NCBI GenBank assembly: GCA_965240325.2
Contig: OZ251223.1
Location: 1,736,001-1,800,000, forward strand
Length of the DNA: 64,000 nucleotides
Source of the DNA: Rebecca billardiae RCC1528
Taxonomy: Eukaryota > Protista > Haptophyta
Reading direction: 5' to 3'
Both the position numbers and the translations under genes were made by a program. The notes beneath the pieces are model-generated. The model saw only the letters and a program-made list of their open reading frames with translations, searched no databases and was not told where the DNA came from. Below, piece after piece: positions 22,308 to 33,400 of the stretch (the stretch's first letter is position 1; the number at the start of each line of letters is the position of its first letter).

Positions 22308-23657
22308 CTAGCAGCCTCCGGTGGTCTTGGTGAGCTTGCCGCTGCGCCCCGAGTACCGTGTCTCGTCGGGGTCGAAGCCGCCGTCCACGGCATCACCCCG
22401 GAAGCGCGCCCACTCGGGCGTGGGCGCCATGTACTCGGTCGCGCGGATGCGCTCGGGCTGCTGCGCGCACAGGTCTGCAAACTTGTCGTAGTCGATCCAC
22501 GTGTGCCACACGCCGTCCACGCAGAACTCGCGCCGCGCGAGCAGCACCGAGTTGGAGTGGGCGTGCTCCGACGCGACCGCGTACGCGCCCTCCGGCTCGG
22601 CCGCCCCCGGCTCGAGCGCGCCGATCGCCTCGCACAGCGCGTGTGAGTACCGCCGCACCTCCTCGTGGAAGGGGCAGTTCTTGATCGTGAGCGGGGAGGC
22701 GTCGGACTTGCCGCAGTACGTCACGCCCTTGATCTCGACGAAGTCGGGCCGGCCGCGGAGCACGAGCTCGGCGTACGCGCCGATCTGGTCGACGTTCCAC
22801 TCGTTGATCAGCGTGAGCCGGAAGACGGTGCGCTCGGCGCGCCCGGCGAGCACGTCGATGCACTCGTTGAACCGCTCCCAAAAGTCCGGGAAGATCGGAC
22901 GGTCCACGGCCTGCGGCGGCGGCGACGCGGCGGCGGCGGCGGCGGGGCGGGCGCGCGTGGTCAGGGCGGCGCCGTCCAGCCCGCGCGCGCGCGTACGGCG
23001 CGCGCGCGCCCGCGGCTGCTCCGCGCGCGCCGACGGCGCGGCCGCGCGCGCTCGCGCGCTTGCCTGAAGCTGCTCACGCGTGGGCGCGTCGATCGAGAGG
23101 TAGAGCTGCGTGACGGGCTGCAGCGCGCGCAGCGCGGCGGGGAACTGCGCGTTCGTCACGAGGAACGACGAGATGCGCCGCGCGTGCAGCGCCCGCACGA
23201 ACTCGGAGATCTTCGGGTACATGATGGGCTCTCCGACCAGCGAGAGCGCGCAGTGGCGCGGCTCCATCCCCTCGGCCACGCGCTCGGGCAGCGCGCCCGC
23301 GATGCCGCGCGCCTCGTGGATCATGCCGCGGTGCGCGGCGAGGGCGCCCTCGACCAGCCCGCCCGGCTCGTCCATCGCCCACTTGAACTCGGTGCCCACC
23401 GGGTTGTCGTGGTGCCGCCAGCAGAAGACGCACTTGTTGGCGCACGCGAGCGACGGTGTGAGCTCCATGCAGCGGTGGGAGGCGATGCCGTAGAACGTGT
23501 GCTTGTAGCAGCCGCCGCGGCCGCGCAGCATCGACTTGGTCCAGCGGCACAGCTTCACGCCCGAGTGCGAGCCCACGATCTTGTACCCCTGCTTCGTCAG
23601 CGACTTGCGCAGCGAGGGCGTTACCATCTCGCGCGGGCCGGCTGCGGCCGCGCCCGT

Positions 23658-23716
<59 letters not shown>

Positions 23717-24446
23717 TGGTGCCCACCAGGTCCTCCAGGTCCATCAGCGGCTGGTCGTCGGCGCCGCCCGCGTCCGAGTCCGAGTCCGAGTCGCCCGCCG
23801 CACGCGCCGACGCCGAGGGCGCGAGCGGCGCCGAGGCGGCACGCGGCGCCCCGGCCGCCTCGGCCCCGAGCCGCTCCCAGACGGCACTCGCCCACTCGCG
23901 CACGCGCGGCTCGAGCTCGGCCTCGGACACGTCGGCGTCGGCGCGGCGAGCGAGCCTGCGCGCGCCGAGAGTGCCCAGCGCGCTGTCGAGCCGGCGCGCC
24001 GCCGCGTTGAAGTGCGTGTACGCCGACGAGCCGCAGCCGAACACGGCGAAGGAGAGGGCGGCGTGCGCGTTCTTGGGTACGCGGTGGTCGGTCGCCTGGT
24101 CGAGCATGGCGGCCATGAATGGGGCAGCGCTCGGCGGGGGCGCGCCGTCGGTGTACGTGGGCAGCACGAAGATCACCGTCGACTCGCCGCCCAGCATGTC
24201 CGCATCGTACGCCGCCAGGTCCGTCAGCAGCACGCGCTGGCCGCGCGCGCGGCCGAGCGCGGCGATCTGCTCGGCCACCTGGCGCGACGTGCCCTTGACG
24301 GTGGCGAAGAGCACGCGGGTCACGCCAGCCGGCGGAGGCGTGGATGCACAGCTAGTGCCACCGGCGGCGCGACGAGACAGAGCCCGCGCGACGGCATGAA
24401 TGGCCACGGCCAGGACCAGCGCGGCGGCAAGGTACCACGTCACCAT
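22308..24446 (-). CDS. TYW1: tRNA wybutosine-synthesizing protein 1 (flavodoxin + radical SAM); GC-AG intron 23063-22911
   Basis: N-terminal TM, flavodoxin (VLFATVKGTS, FAVFGCGSSAY), LTKQGYKIVGSHSGVKLCRW, CYKHTFYGI, CANKCVFC (CxxxCxxC), EIKGVTYCG; poly-Gly linker. Confidence 0.96.
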
Positions 24447-24631
24447 CGTGCGGCGTGCGTCCGGCTCGGCGCCCCGGACCGAAATTCGTCATCATCCCAT
24501 TCGAAGACTACACTACCTCTGCCCGGTCCGGGTGGCACCCGCGCGGCTCACTGCGCCCAAAAATCGCCTGTCCAACCGTCTTCGCTCGAGCGCGGCACCG
24601 GGCGCGCGCGAAGGGCGCCGACGCGCGACGA

Positions 24632-27600
24632 ATGGCGAGTCGCTTCCTCGAGGAGCGGCGGCGCCTGCTCCGCCTGGGCGCGCGCGAGCTCGTGCTGCAG
24701 CTGACCGCGCTGGACCCGGGATGCGAGAACTTCCAGATCGCCTCCGACTTCACGATCGACAACCTCATCCACCACACGTATCGCGACAGCGTGCACGCCG
24801 ACCCGCTGCATGACGCTCGCGAGCAGCTGCTCGGCCTCGCGGAGCGGCTCGAGGAGCACTCGCGCATGCGGAAGGCGCGCGCGCTCCAGGCCGCGCTGGG
24901 CACCGTGCTCTCCGTGCGCGACGGCCCGCGCGCGGAGGCGATCGCCAGCGCGCTCTCCACCCTCTACCACCTGTCGAGCATCGCTGCGATGATCGACAGG
25001 CCCATGCCGCCGCAGCGCGCGCGCGCGCCGGGCCCAGGGCGCGAGCTCGGAGCGGGAGGCGCGGGTGGCGGCGCGCTCGTCGAGGAAGATCGGCTCGATC
25101 TCGACGAGGCCGACGCGCACGACGCGCACGCCGACGCGGTCGGCAGCAGCCCCGAGCGCACGCCGACAGACAGCTGCTCCGACTCAGACGCCGACGCCGC
25201 TGCCGAGGCCGAGGAGGACGCGGACGGCGGCGGCGCCGACGCGCCGGCGCACGCGCGGGCGGAGGCGGAGGCGGAGTGCACACCGGAGCGCGCAGACCCG
25301 CGCCACGCGGGGTGCGCTCCGACCCCACGCCCGGCCGCGCCGCGCCCGCCCGAGCCTTGGCGCGTCGCGCACGCGCGGCACGCTCTGCACTCGCGCGCTG
25401 GCCGTGCGCTGCTGCACCGGCTGCGCGGCGATGCTCTGGCGGGCGCCGACGGGGCGGGGGCGGGGCAGAGCGCGGCGCGGTTCGTGCGCGAGGAGCGCGT
25501 GGTGCGCTCGGCGCTCGCCCTCCTCACGCGCGCGGTCGGCCCGGCGCTTGGGCCAACTGGCGCGGGGCCGGCGCGCGCGCTCCGGCTGACGACGACGCGG
25601 CCAGACGCGGCGCCGCGCGCGCCCATGCTGCCGGGGCGCGTGCCCGCGTCGCTCCGGCTCGAGCTGCTGAGCGACGGCGCCCTGCGCTCGGCGCTCGAGC
25701 CCGTGCACGAGCTCCAGGCGCGCGCGCTCCACGTGCGCGGCTTTGTCGACTTTGCGACCGGCTCGACGAGTGCGCCACTCTCATTTGTGGGGCTGGGCGC
25801 CGAGCTGCGCGCGCTGCTGGGCGCGCTCGAGCTCAGGCTGGCGCGCGCGGACGCGGCGCACGCGGACGCGGCGCTCAAGCGCGCGCAGCCGGGTGCGCGG
25901 GCAGGCGCGGGCGCGCGGGGCGCGCCGAGCCACACCGACGCCGCGCGGGCGCCGCCGCGCCAGCCGCCGCACGCGCGCGCGGCGCGCGCCGAGCCCGGCG
26001 CCGTCGAGCGCGTGCGGCCGCCTTCGCTGCTGGAGCTGGCGGTGGGGGCGCCGTGGCGGCAGTGGCTGCGGCTGCTCACGTGGGTGTGCCGCGTGCTCGA
26101 CGCGTGCGGGTACGCGGTCGAGCACACCGGCGTGCCCCGCCTCTCCGCCTCGCGCGTGCGCGTGCGCGCGCGCGGCGCGCTCGACAGCCTTCAGGCGGAC
26201 CCAACCGCCGCCTCTGTCGCCTCCGCCTTTGCACTGCCCGCCGCAGACCCAGCCGCCGCCTCGGTCGGCGCGTCGTTTGCACTGCCCGCTGCCGCGGCGC
26301 GCGGGGCGGCGCTCCCGCCGCCGCCGGGCGGGGCGGAGGGCGCGGCGGAGGCCGAGGCGGGCGCGGACGATGCCGCGGTGCTCTCGGCTCTGCTGCTCGA
26401 CACGCTGCGCACCGAGACCGCCACCCTCGACGCGCTCGGCGACGCCGCGCTGCAGCGCGCGAGCCGGCGGCTGCTGCGCGCCGCGCGCGCTCCGTACGCG
26501 GCCGCCCTCGAGCTGTGGCTGCGATCCGGGAGGCTCGAGGACCCACGGGGAGAGCTGCTGATCCGGCGCGGCGAGGCGGCCGGCCTGCAGGGGTGCGAGC
26601 AGTGGGCGCGCTGCTATGAGCTGCGCTGCGCCGCCGCCGTGCCCGCCGTGTACGCGCCCGTGCAGCGGCAGCTCCTGAGCGCGGGCAAGGCGGCGCGCGC
26701 GCTCAGGCTGATGGCAGCCGACGCGGCGGCCGGCACGGCCGCGCCGCCGACGCGCGCGCGCGAGGCGGCCACCGGGAGCGGAGCGGAGCTGCTCGAGGCG
26801 CGGCGGCATGCGGAGCGCGTGGACGGGCTGCTGGCGGAGCTGCGCGAGAGCGAGGATCGCCTGCTGCTCCGGGATGCTGCTGACGGGGCGGGTGGCAGCA
26901 CCCGCAGCACCGGCGCGGCTGGCGCGCCGGCGGCCGGCGGCACCGCGGCGGCTGGCGGCGCGACGGCGGTCGGCGGCGCACGGGCCGGTGAGCGCGGTGC
27001 GGTGCCGCCACCTCCCGGCGCTCGGACGCAGGCGGGGAGTGAGCGGGCGTCGGGGGCGCCGGAGCCGTCGGCGCTGCCCGCCGGCGCTGGCGCCGTCGAC
27101 GCTGCACCCGCCGAACCGCCGGCAGCCGCGGCTGCGGACGAGGCCGCGCCGCCGCCCGCCGCCGCATCCGCTCCCGCCTCCGCGCCGCCGCCGCCGCCGC
27201 CGCCGCCGCCTCAGAGCCAGATGCTGCTGGGGTGTCCGTCTCTGGCCGAGCTGCTGACTCCCGCGCACAGCGTGCGCGAGACGTGGCGCGCGGCCGCGGA
27301 CGTGCAGCACGCCGCCACCGTGCTCCTCCGCCCGCGACGCACGCACAACCCGCCGGCAGAGCCGAGCGAGTGCGCGCCGCCATCGCCAGGCGCGCCGCCG
27401 CGCGCGACCGACGACTCGGCGCGCGGCGCGCACGCGTGGCGCGCACACGAGGTGTGCGTGCACTCGACGGTTCACGCCCTCGCCTCGGCGTCCGGGCAGC
27501 GGCTCGTGCGCACGCTCGCGGAGCGGCACGGGCTGCTCGACTGCGTGCGCGCCGTGCGGGACGCGGCCCTGCTGCGCGACCCCGCCGTGAGCGAGGCCGC

Positions 27601-28647
27601 ACTCCCGGCAGCCATGGAGCTTTTCGCCGCGCGTGCGACGGCGCTCGGCGGTGGCGGCGCGAGCAGCGCGGGCACCGTGCCGGCCGGCGGCGCGGAGGTC
27701 GAGGCCGCGGCGATGGGGACGGGCGCGCCGACCAGACTGCCCGCGCTCGCGCTCGGGCTGCACGCGAGCGGCATGCCGCACCCCGCTCCCACGTGCGTGC
27801 CCGTGCCCGGCTGCCCCATCGCGATCGCGCTGCCGCCCGCGCCAGCGCAGCGCGTGCGCTCTGCCGCGGCTGACGGGTCTGATGCGGCCGCGCCAGCGGC
27901 GGAGGTGCGACTGCTGTGCTCGCTGGGCTGGCCGACGAGCCTGCTCGTCGACGAGCAGGCGTGCGAGCGCTACTCGCGCGTGCTGCACCTCCTCCTCGAG
28001 CTGCAGTGTGCGCGCACCGCCCTCGAGGCGAGCTGCCTCAACCTGCGCCGCGGGTTTGCCTCGGCGCGCGCGCACCCGCAGGCGGGGCAGCGGGCGGCGG
28101 CTGGCGCAGCCGAGCCCACGCACGCGGTGCGGCTGCTGCGCTGGCGCATGGCGCACTGCGTGAATGGGATCCACGACCACCTCGCCTCGCGCGTGCTCGG
28201 CGCGCAGTGCCTCGCGTTCGACGACGCCGCTGAGCGCGCGATGTCGCTCGATGCGCTTCTCGGTGCGCGCGCGCCCGCCGGAGCGCCCGCGCCCCGGCCG
28301 CGCGCACCCGCCAGCTGGCTCGAGCTGACCCCCCCTGCGCGATTGTCCCGCGCGCAGCGTTGCACTCGCGTCTACTCGAGCGCATCGAGGTCGGGTGCTT
28401 CCTGCACGCGGACGGCGCGCCGATCCTCGAGACCATCCGCGCGCTCCTGCGCTTGGCGATGCAGCTGCGCGCCGTCCTCGCACAAGCGCTCGAGGTCGAG
28501 GTGCACGCACTCGCGCGCCGCTTCGACGCGAGCCTCGCCTCTCTGCTACGCGCGCTGCGTGAAATGGCCTGCACCCGCGCGGACGCGATCCTCCCATCGT
28601 CGCTGATTTGCGCGCTCGACTTCAATCGCGTCTACGGCACGGACTGA
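24632..28647 (+). CDS. TUBGCP5: Gamma-tubulin complex component 5-like (Spc97/98 family); intron 28263-28357, other introns possible
   Basis: N-terminus RELV..L..D..ENFQIASDFTIDNLIHH resembles GCP5; PY..LELWLRSGRLEDPRGELLI, WPTSLLVDEQACERYSRV, and C-terminal LDFNRVY are typical of GCPs. Confidence 0.8.
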
Positions 28648-29084
28648 TCATTCCCGGAGCGACATGCGCGATGTTGCTCATCATGCTCAATCGATCACCG
28701 CCGAAGGGGCTCCTTGTAATCGCAAGTATGGTAGTATAGTAATCGATCATCATGCATCCAGTAGCAATCGGAGCAATCCGCCTCGATCATCATCTACTAG
28801 TACCAAAGTACCACGGCGGGAGAGTTGAGTAGTCGACCGTCAGACGTCGGCACGTGCAAAATAGACGTTTCTCTCCCGGGGTGGTACACACCTGTGGCCA
28901 ATCACAAGCGCCCACGGGCTCGGACTCGAATCACACCGTGCTGATCCACACACTTGAAGCAGGGGTACCGTTGCTCAGGAACCGTCCTGACCACCGCATA
29001 CGCGTGCCACCGGCGGCGCAAAGTTGAACGATCTGAACGACACCACCCAGCCGCGACCGCAGCTTTGCCCTCGACCTCGCCATC

Positions 29085-29964
29085 ATGCAGCAGGGCGCCG
29101 AGCGTGACTCGGATCAGGATCACCTGCTGCCGTACGCGATCATCAACCGCCTCGTGCGCGACGCACTTCCCGGAGACGCGAAGTCGTCCCAGGCCGCCAA
29201 GCTGTGTGTGCAGGAGTGTGCATCCGAGTTCATTGGCTTTGTCGTCGATGAGGCAAACTCGATCACCAACGTGCGCGCGGTCACATGCGAAGACATGGTC
29301 GCCTGGTCGTAAACGTAGCCTACCAATCCGCGGGGTGCGCGACTGTCTCGAGTCACGAACCTTGTCGCGCGAAAGCACGCCTCACGCCCCGCTGCCGTCC
29401 CCACGCGTCGCGCACGTGCCTCAGGCCGATGGTCGCAAGTGCATCACTCCGGATGACTTGCTCCGCGCACTCTCAAATCTTGGGCTAGATCGGTATGCGG
29501 ACCATCTCGGCGGCTTTGCGGACGAGACGGACAAGTCAAAGAGACCTCCTGCACAGAAACCAATGCCGGCCAAGCGCTCCGTCGCTCTCCTCGACGAGAG
29601 CAGCGGCCGGGAGTCTGCGCCCGGTGCCGACGAAATCCCACTGCCGCGCAAGCGAGCAGCAGCTGGTGCTGCGCATGGGTCATGCGCCTCCCCGCGCATG
29701 CCGTCTGATGCTGCTGCCGACGGTGCATTGCAACCCGTGGCACCTCGAGAGCACGCAGGGCTAGCGTGCATGGAGGACGCCCTGGACATTGGGCTCGTAC
29801 CGACCGAGCAGAATATCTGGGAGTCCATCGGTGTGAACGACGCTTCGACTGTGGAGGCCGCAGACCTTGACCAGACGCTCGAAAGTTTTGGCATCATGAA
29901 CGAACTCTTCTTGACTGGGTCTGACGTCCAAGAGCTCTTGTCTGTGATCACTGGGAACGACTAA
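29085..29964 (+). CDS. Histone-fold NF-YB/NC2-beta-like transcription factor; intron 29271-29424
   Basis: LLPYAIINRLVRDALP..AK..VQECASEFIGFV..EAN|..RKCITPDDLLRALSNLGLDRY. Confidence 0.88.
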
Positions 29965-30424
29965 TGATGCATACGCCGCCCCGCCCTCGATTCATCACGG
30001 GCCGTAGTCGTACGACTGCGCGCGCAGACCTGAGACCAATATAAAGCGCATCATAGCGAGGCTGATGATGATTGATGCGCTCATCAGACAGTCATCAGTC
30101 GTTGAATACCACTTATGCATATCGACGATGATCAGAGTCAGCAGCACTACTGCTGAGATGAGACTCAAGTGCGGATATGCCGCTGTGTACGACGACAGCA
30201 GTATAATGCGCGCTGATGCTGACGATGTATATATATATATATATTATTGCGCGGTCATTATTCGTCATCAATGTGCGCGTACGGCCGTCGGAAGCTAACT
30301 TATATGTGATGAGTCGTCGTCATGACTCGTCATCGGTCATGGAGCAGTCGTCATCGTCCCCGTCGCGTCTCGCTCGTTGCCAGTCGTTCGGCGCTCGGCC
30401 AGCGCGACGGCGCCGGGCCCGGTG

Positions 30425-33400
30425 TCACAGGTATTGCTGACTACTGCGGTGCAGCGAGGACGGCGCCGCCGAGGGCCGCGCACGCACCACCCACTCCTCT
30501 GTTGACGGAGCCACCAGCACCTTCCGCGGGCGCGACGGACGGCTCTTAGTCCTGCGCTCAGCAGTGAGCGAGACAAGTCCTGTGCTGGTGCTGTCACGCG
30601 CGGGGTCCGACGCGCGCGCAGGGCGTTCCTCGCCTGCGCCCAAAGGCGTGGAGGCCAGCATGGATGCGACCTCGCTCGAGGCGGCAGCGTACCCAGGCAG
30701 AGGCACCCCCCGCTCTGGCTGCGTGCGCCACGGAGGTGCGCTGACGAGCAGCTCGGTCGACGAGGGCTTGCGCCTCAGCCGGCCACGCTCGTCCAGCACG
30801 TCATCCCACCCCAGCTGAGCGCGTGGCTCTGCGCCGTCCTCTGCTGGCGGGTGCGACGCAGGCTCTGCGGCGGCCGAGGCGGCGCCTGCCGGCCCTGCGC
30901 CGTGCGTGCTACTAGCACCCGTGGTCGAGGGCGTGGAGGCACGGGCAGGAGCGCCCCCTCCTGGGTCTGGACCTCCGCTCGCCTGCGCGCCGCCGCCTGC
31001 AGCTCGCGGAGGGGTTCGCACCTCCGGCAACGGCGACAGCGGGGCGGCCTGCGACAGCGGCGGCTGCGGCGGCGGCTGCAGCTGTGCCTGCGTTGGAGGC
31101 GATGGCTGTGCCCGCTCCTGCTGCGGAGGCTCTGCGTGCGGCGGCGGCGGCACTCGCGCCTCCTGGGGCGCCGGGGCTGGAGCAGGGGGCGGCGGCGGAG
31201 GCGGCGGCGGCGGTGGCGGAGCGGGCTGAGGCGTTGGCAGCTGTGCCTTCTCAGGCGGCGGCGTCCGCTGGCGTGGGGCGGCTCGCGCCTGCTGCTTCGG
31301 CGGGGGGCCAGGCGGCGGAGCGGGCTGCGGCTGCGCTTGCGGCGTCCGCTCAGGCGGCGGCGTCGGCTGACGAGGCGGGGTGCGCGCCTCGTGCGGCGGT
31401 GGCGGCGGCGATGGCGCGGCGGGATGCGGCTGTGCTGGCCGCGCCTGCCCGGGCGGCGGCGGCGGCTGGTTTGGTGGGGCGCGCGCATCCTGAGGCGGCG
31501 GCGGCGGTGGAGCAGGCTGCGCCGGCGCTTGCTGCGGCTGCGGCTGCGGCTGCTGCGGCTCCTCCTCCTCAAGCGTCTGCGCCTGCTGCGGCTGCGGCTG
31601 CGTTCGCTGTTGCTTCCGCGCAAACGACGGCGTGTGCTTCAGCGGCTTCGATGGCGGCGGCTGACGAGGCGGGTTGGGCTGCCCCGGCGAGGCATGCGCC
31701 GCGCCGCCGCCCGGCGCTGGGCCCGGCGCCGCCGCTGGGCCCGGCGGCAGCCCCGCCCCCGCTCCTTGGGCGAAGGTGGTGCCCCCCGGATCGGATGACT
31801 GATTCGTCATCAGCGGAGGCGGCCGATGCCCGTCGGCCTCGGAGGCGGTGTGCAAGCGGCGGAGGCCCGTGCCGTGCGCCGGGCCGAGCGGCGAGCCCCG
31901 GACCGAGGCGCGGGTGGCGCCGTCGCGCCGATGCTCGGCCGAGACCTGGCGCGACAGCGGCGGCGAGCGCCCCGTCCACCGCGGCGTGCTCGGCAGCGTG
32001 GCCGTGCCGTCGTCCGAGCCGAGCTCGCCCGCGATGCTCGCCTTGCCCAGCAGCTCGCGCAGCGAGTGCGCCGTCTCCTCCAGCCGGCCGGCGACGTTGT
32101 GCATCTGCGCCTCGACGCCCTGCTGCCGCTTGTCGAGCGAGCCCATCGACTCGACGAGCGCGTCGATCCGCGCGCTCTCCGAGTTGGCGGCGCTGAGCCG
32201 CTTGAGCGTGCGGAAGCGATCGAAGCCGAGGAGGAGGGCGGCGTGCGCGTGCTGCGCGGTCGCGTGCCCGCCGGACGCGTCGACGCCGCGCGCGCCGGCC
32301 ACGGGGACGTCGCCCTCGCGCGAGAACTCGGCGCTGCCCTCGACGCGCGCGCCGTCGTCCTGCCACGTGATCAGCCGCACCACGCGCTGCAGCGTGCTCT
32401 CGACCACGGACGGGGCCTCGCTGCCGTGCGCGCTGCGCCCGCCGTGCGTCGCGGTTCGGCTGGCCGTCGCGCGCCGGCGCTCCCGGTTCACGCGCAGCGT
32501 GGGCCGCCCCGTGGGGACCGGGCGCGGCGCGATCGAGGGCGGCAGGCTGGCCAGGCTCGAGCGCCGCCCCCCGCCGGGCAGCTCGATCCCGCGGCTGCGT
32601 CGCTCCGCGTCGCCGCGCAGCCACGCGAGCAGCTGCATCGGCAGCAGGCACAGCAGCCAGAGGATGAAGTGCGGCACGTACCGCGTCGCCCACGGGTAGA
32701 CCAGGTTGAACGGCGGCGGCACCTGGTGCGACTTGTGGTACTGCTCGACGAGCTTGGCGCGGGAGAAGCGCCACTCCACGTCCGCGCGCTCCTTGTGGCT
32801 CGCGTACGTGTCGGTCAGGATCGCGATCAGCAGGTTGATCAGCAGCACGGTCGTGATGAACATGTACAGGTACAGCAAGATGGGCCCGAGCACGGGCGAG
32901 GCGGCGGGGAAGGGGTCGTCCGGGTTCTTCATGCCGAAGACCGAGTAGAAGGGCGCCCAGTACGGCGCGTTGTAGTTGAGCACGAGCGAGAGCGTGTGGC
33001 CGAGCGTGCCCGGCCCCGACTGCAGCGAGTCGACGAACGTGTCGTCCGCGTGCAGCGAGTACGGGTACCGCTCGTCGTTCGCGATCGTGAGGCCGTAGAA
33101 CATCATCATGAAGCCGAGCGTGATGGTCATGAAGACGATGAACCACGGCACCATGTCGCGGAACATGAGGAAAAAGATGTTTATCAGCGTGCCCACGTCC
33201 TGCGTGATGGTGAGCATCTGCAGCACGCGCACGTACGCGCACATGCACGCGATCGAGAGCAGCTCGTGCGCCATCGAGCGCACGGTCGACGCCTGCACGA
33301 CGCCGTCGACCGCCGCCTCGGTCCTCGGCAGCGCGAAGATCACCTCCGCGAGCTTGGAGCAGATCACGATCAGGGGCAGCAGCACGTCGAGCCAGTTCCA

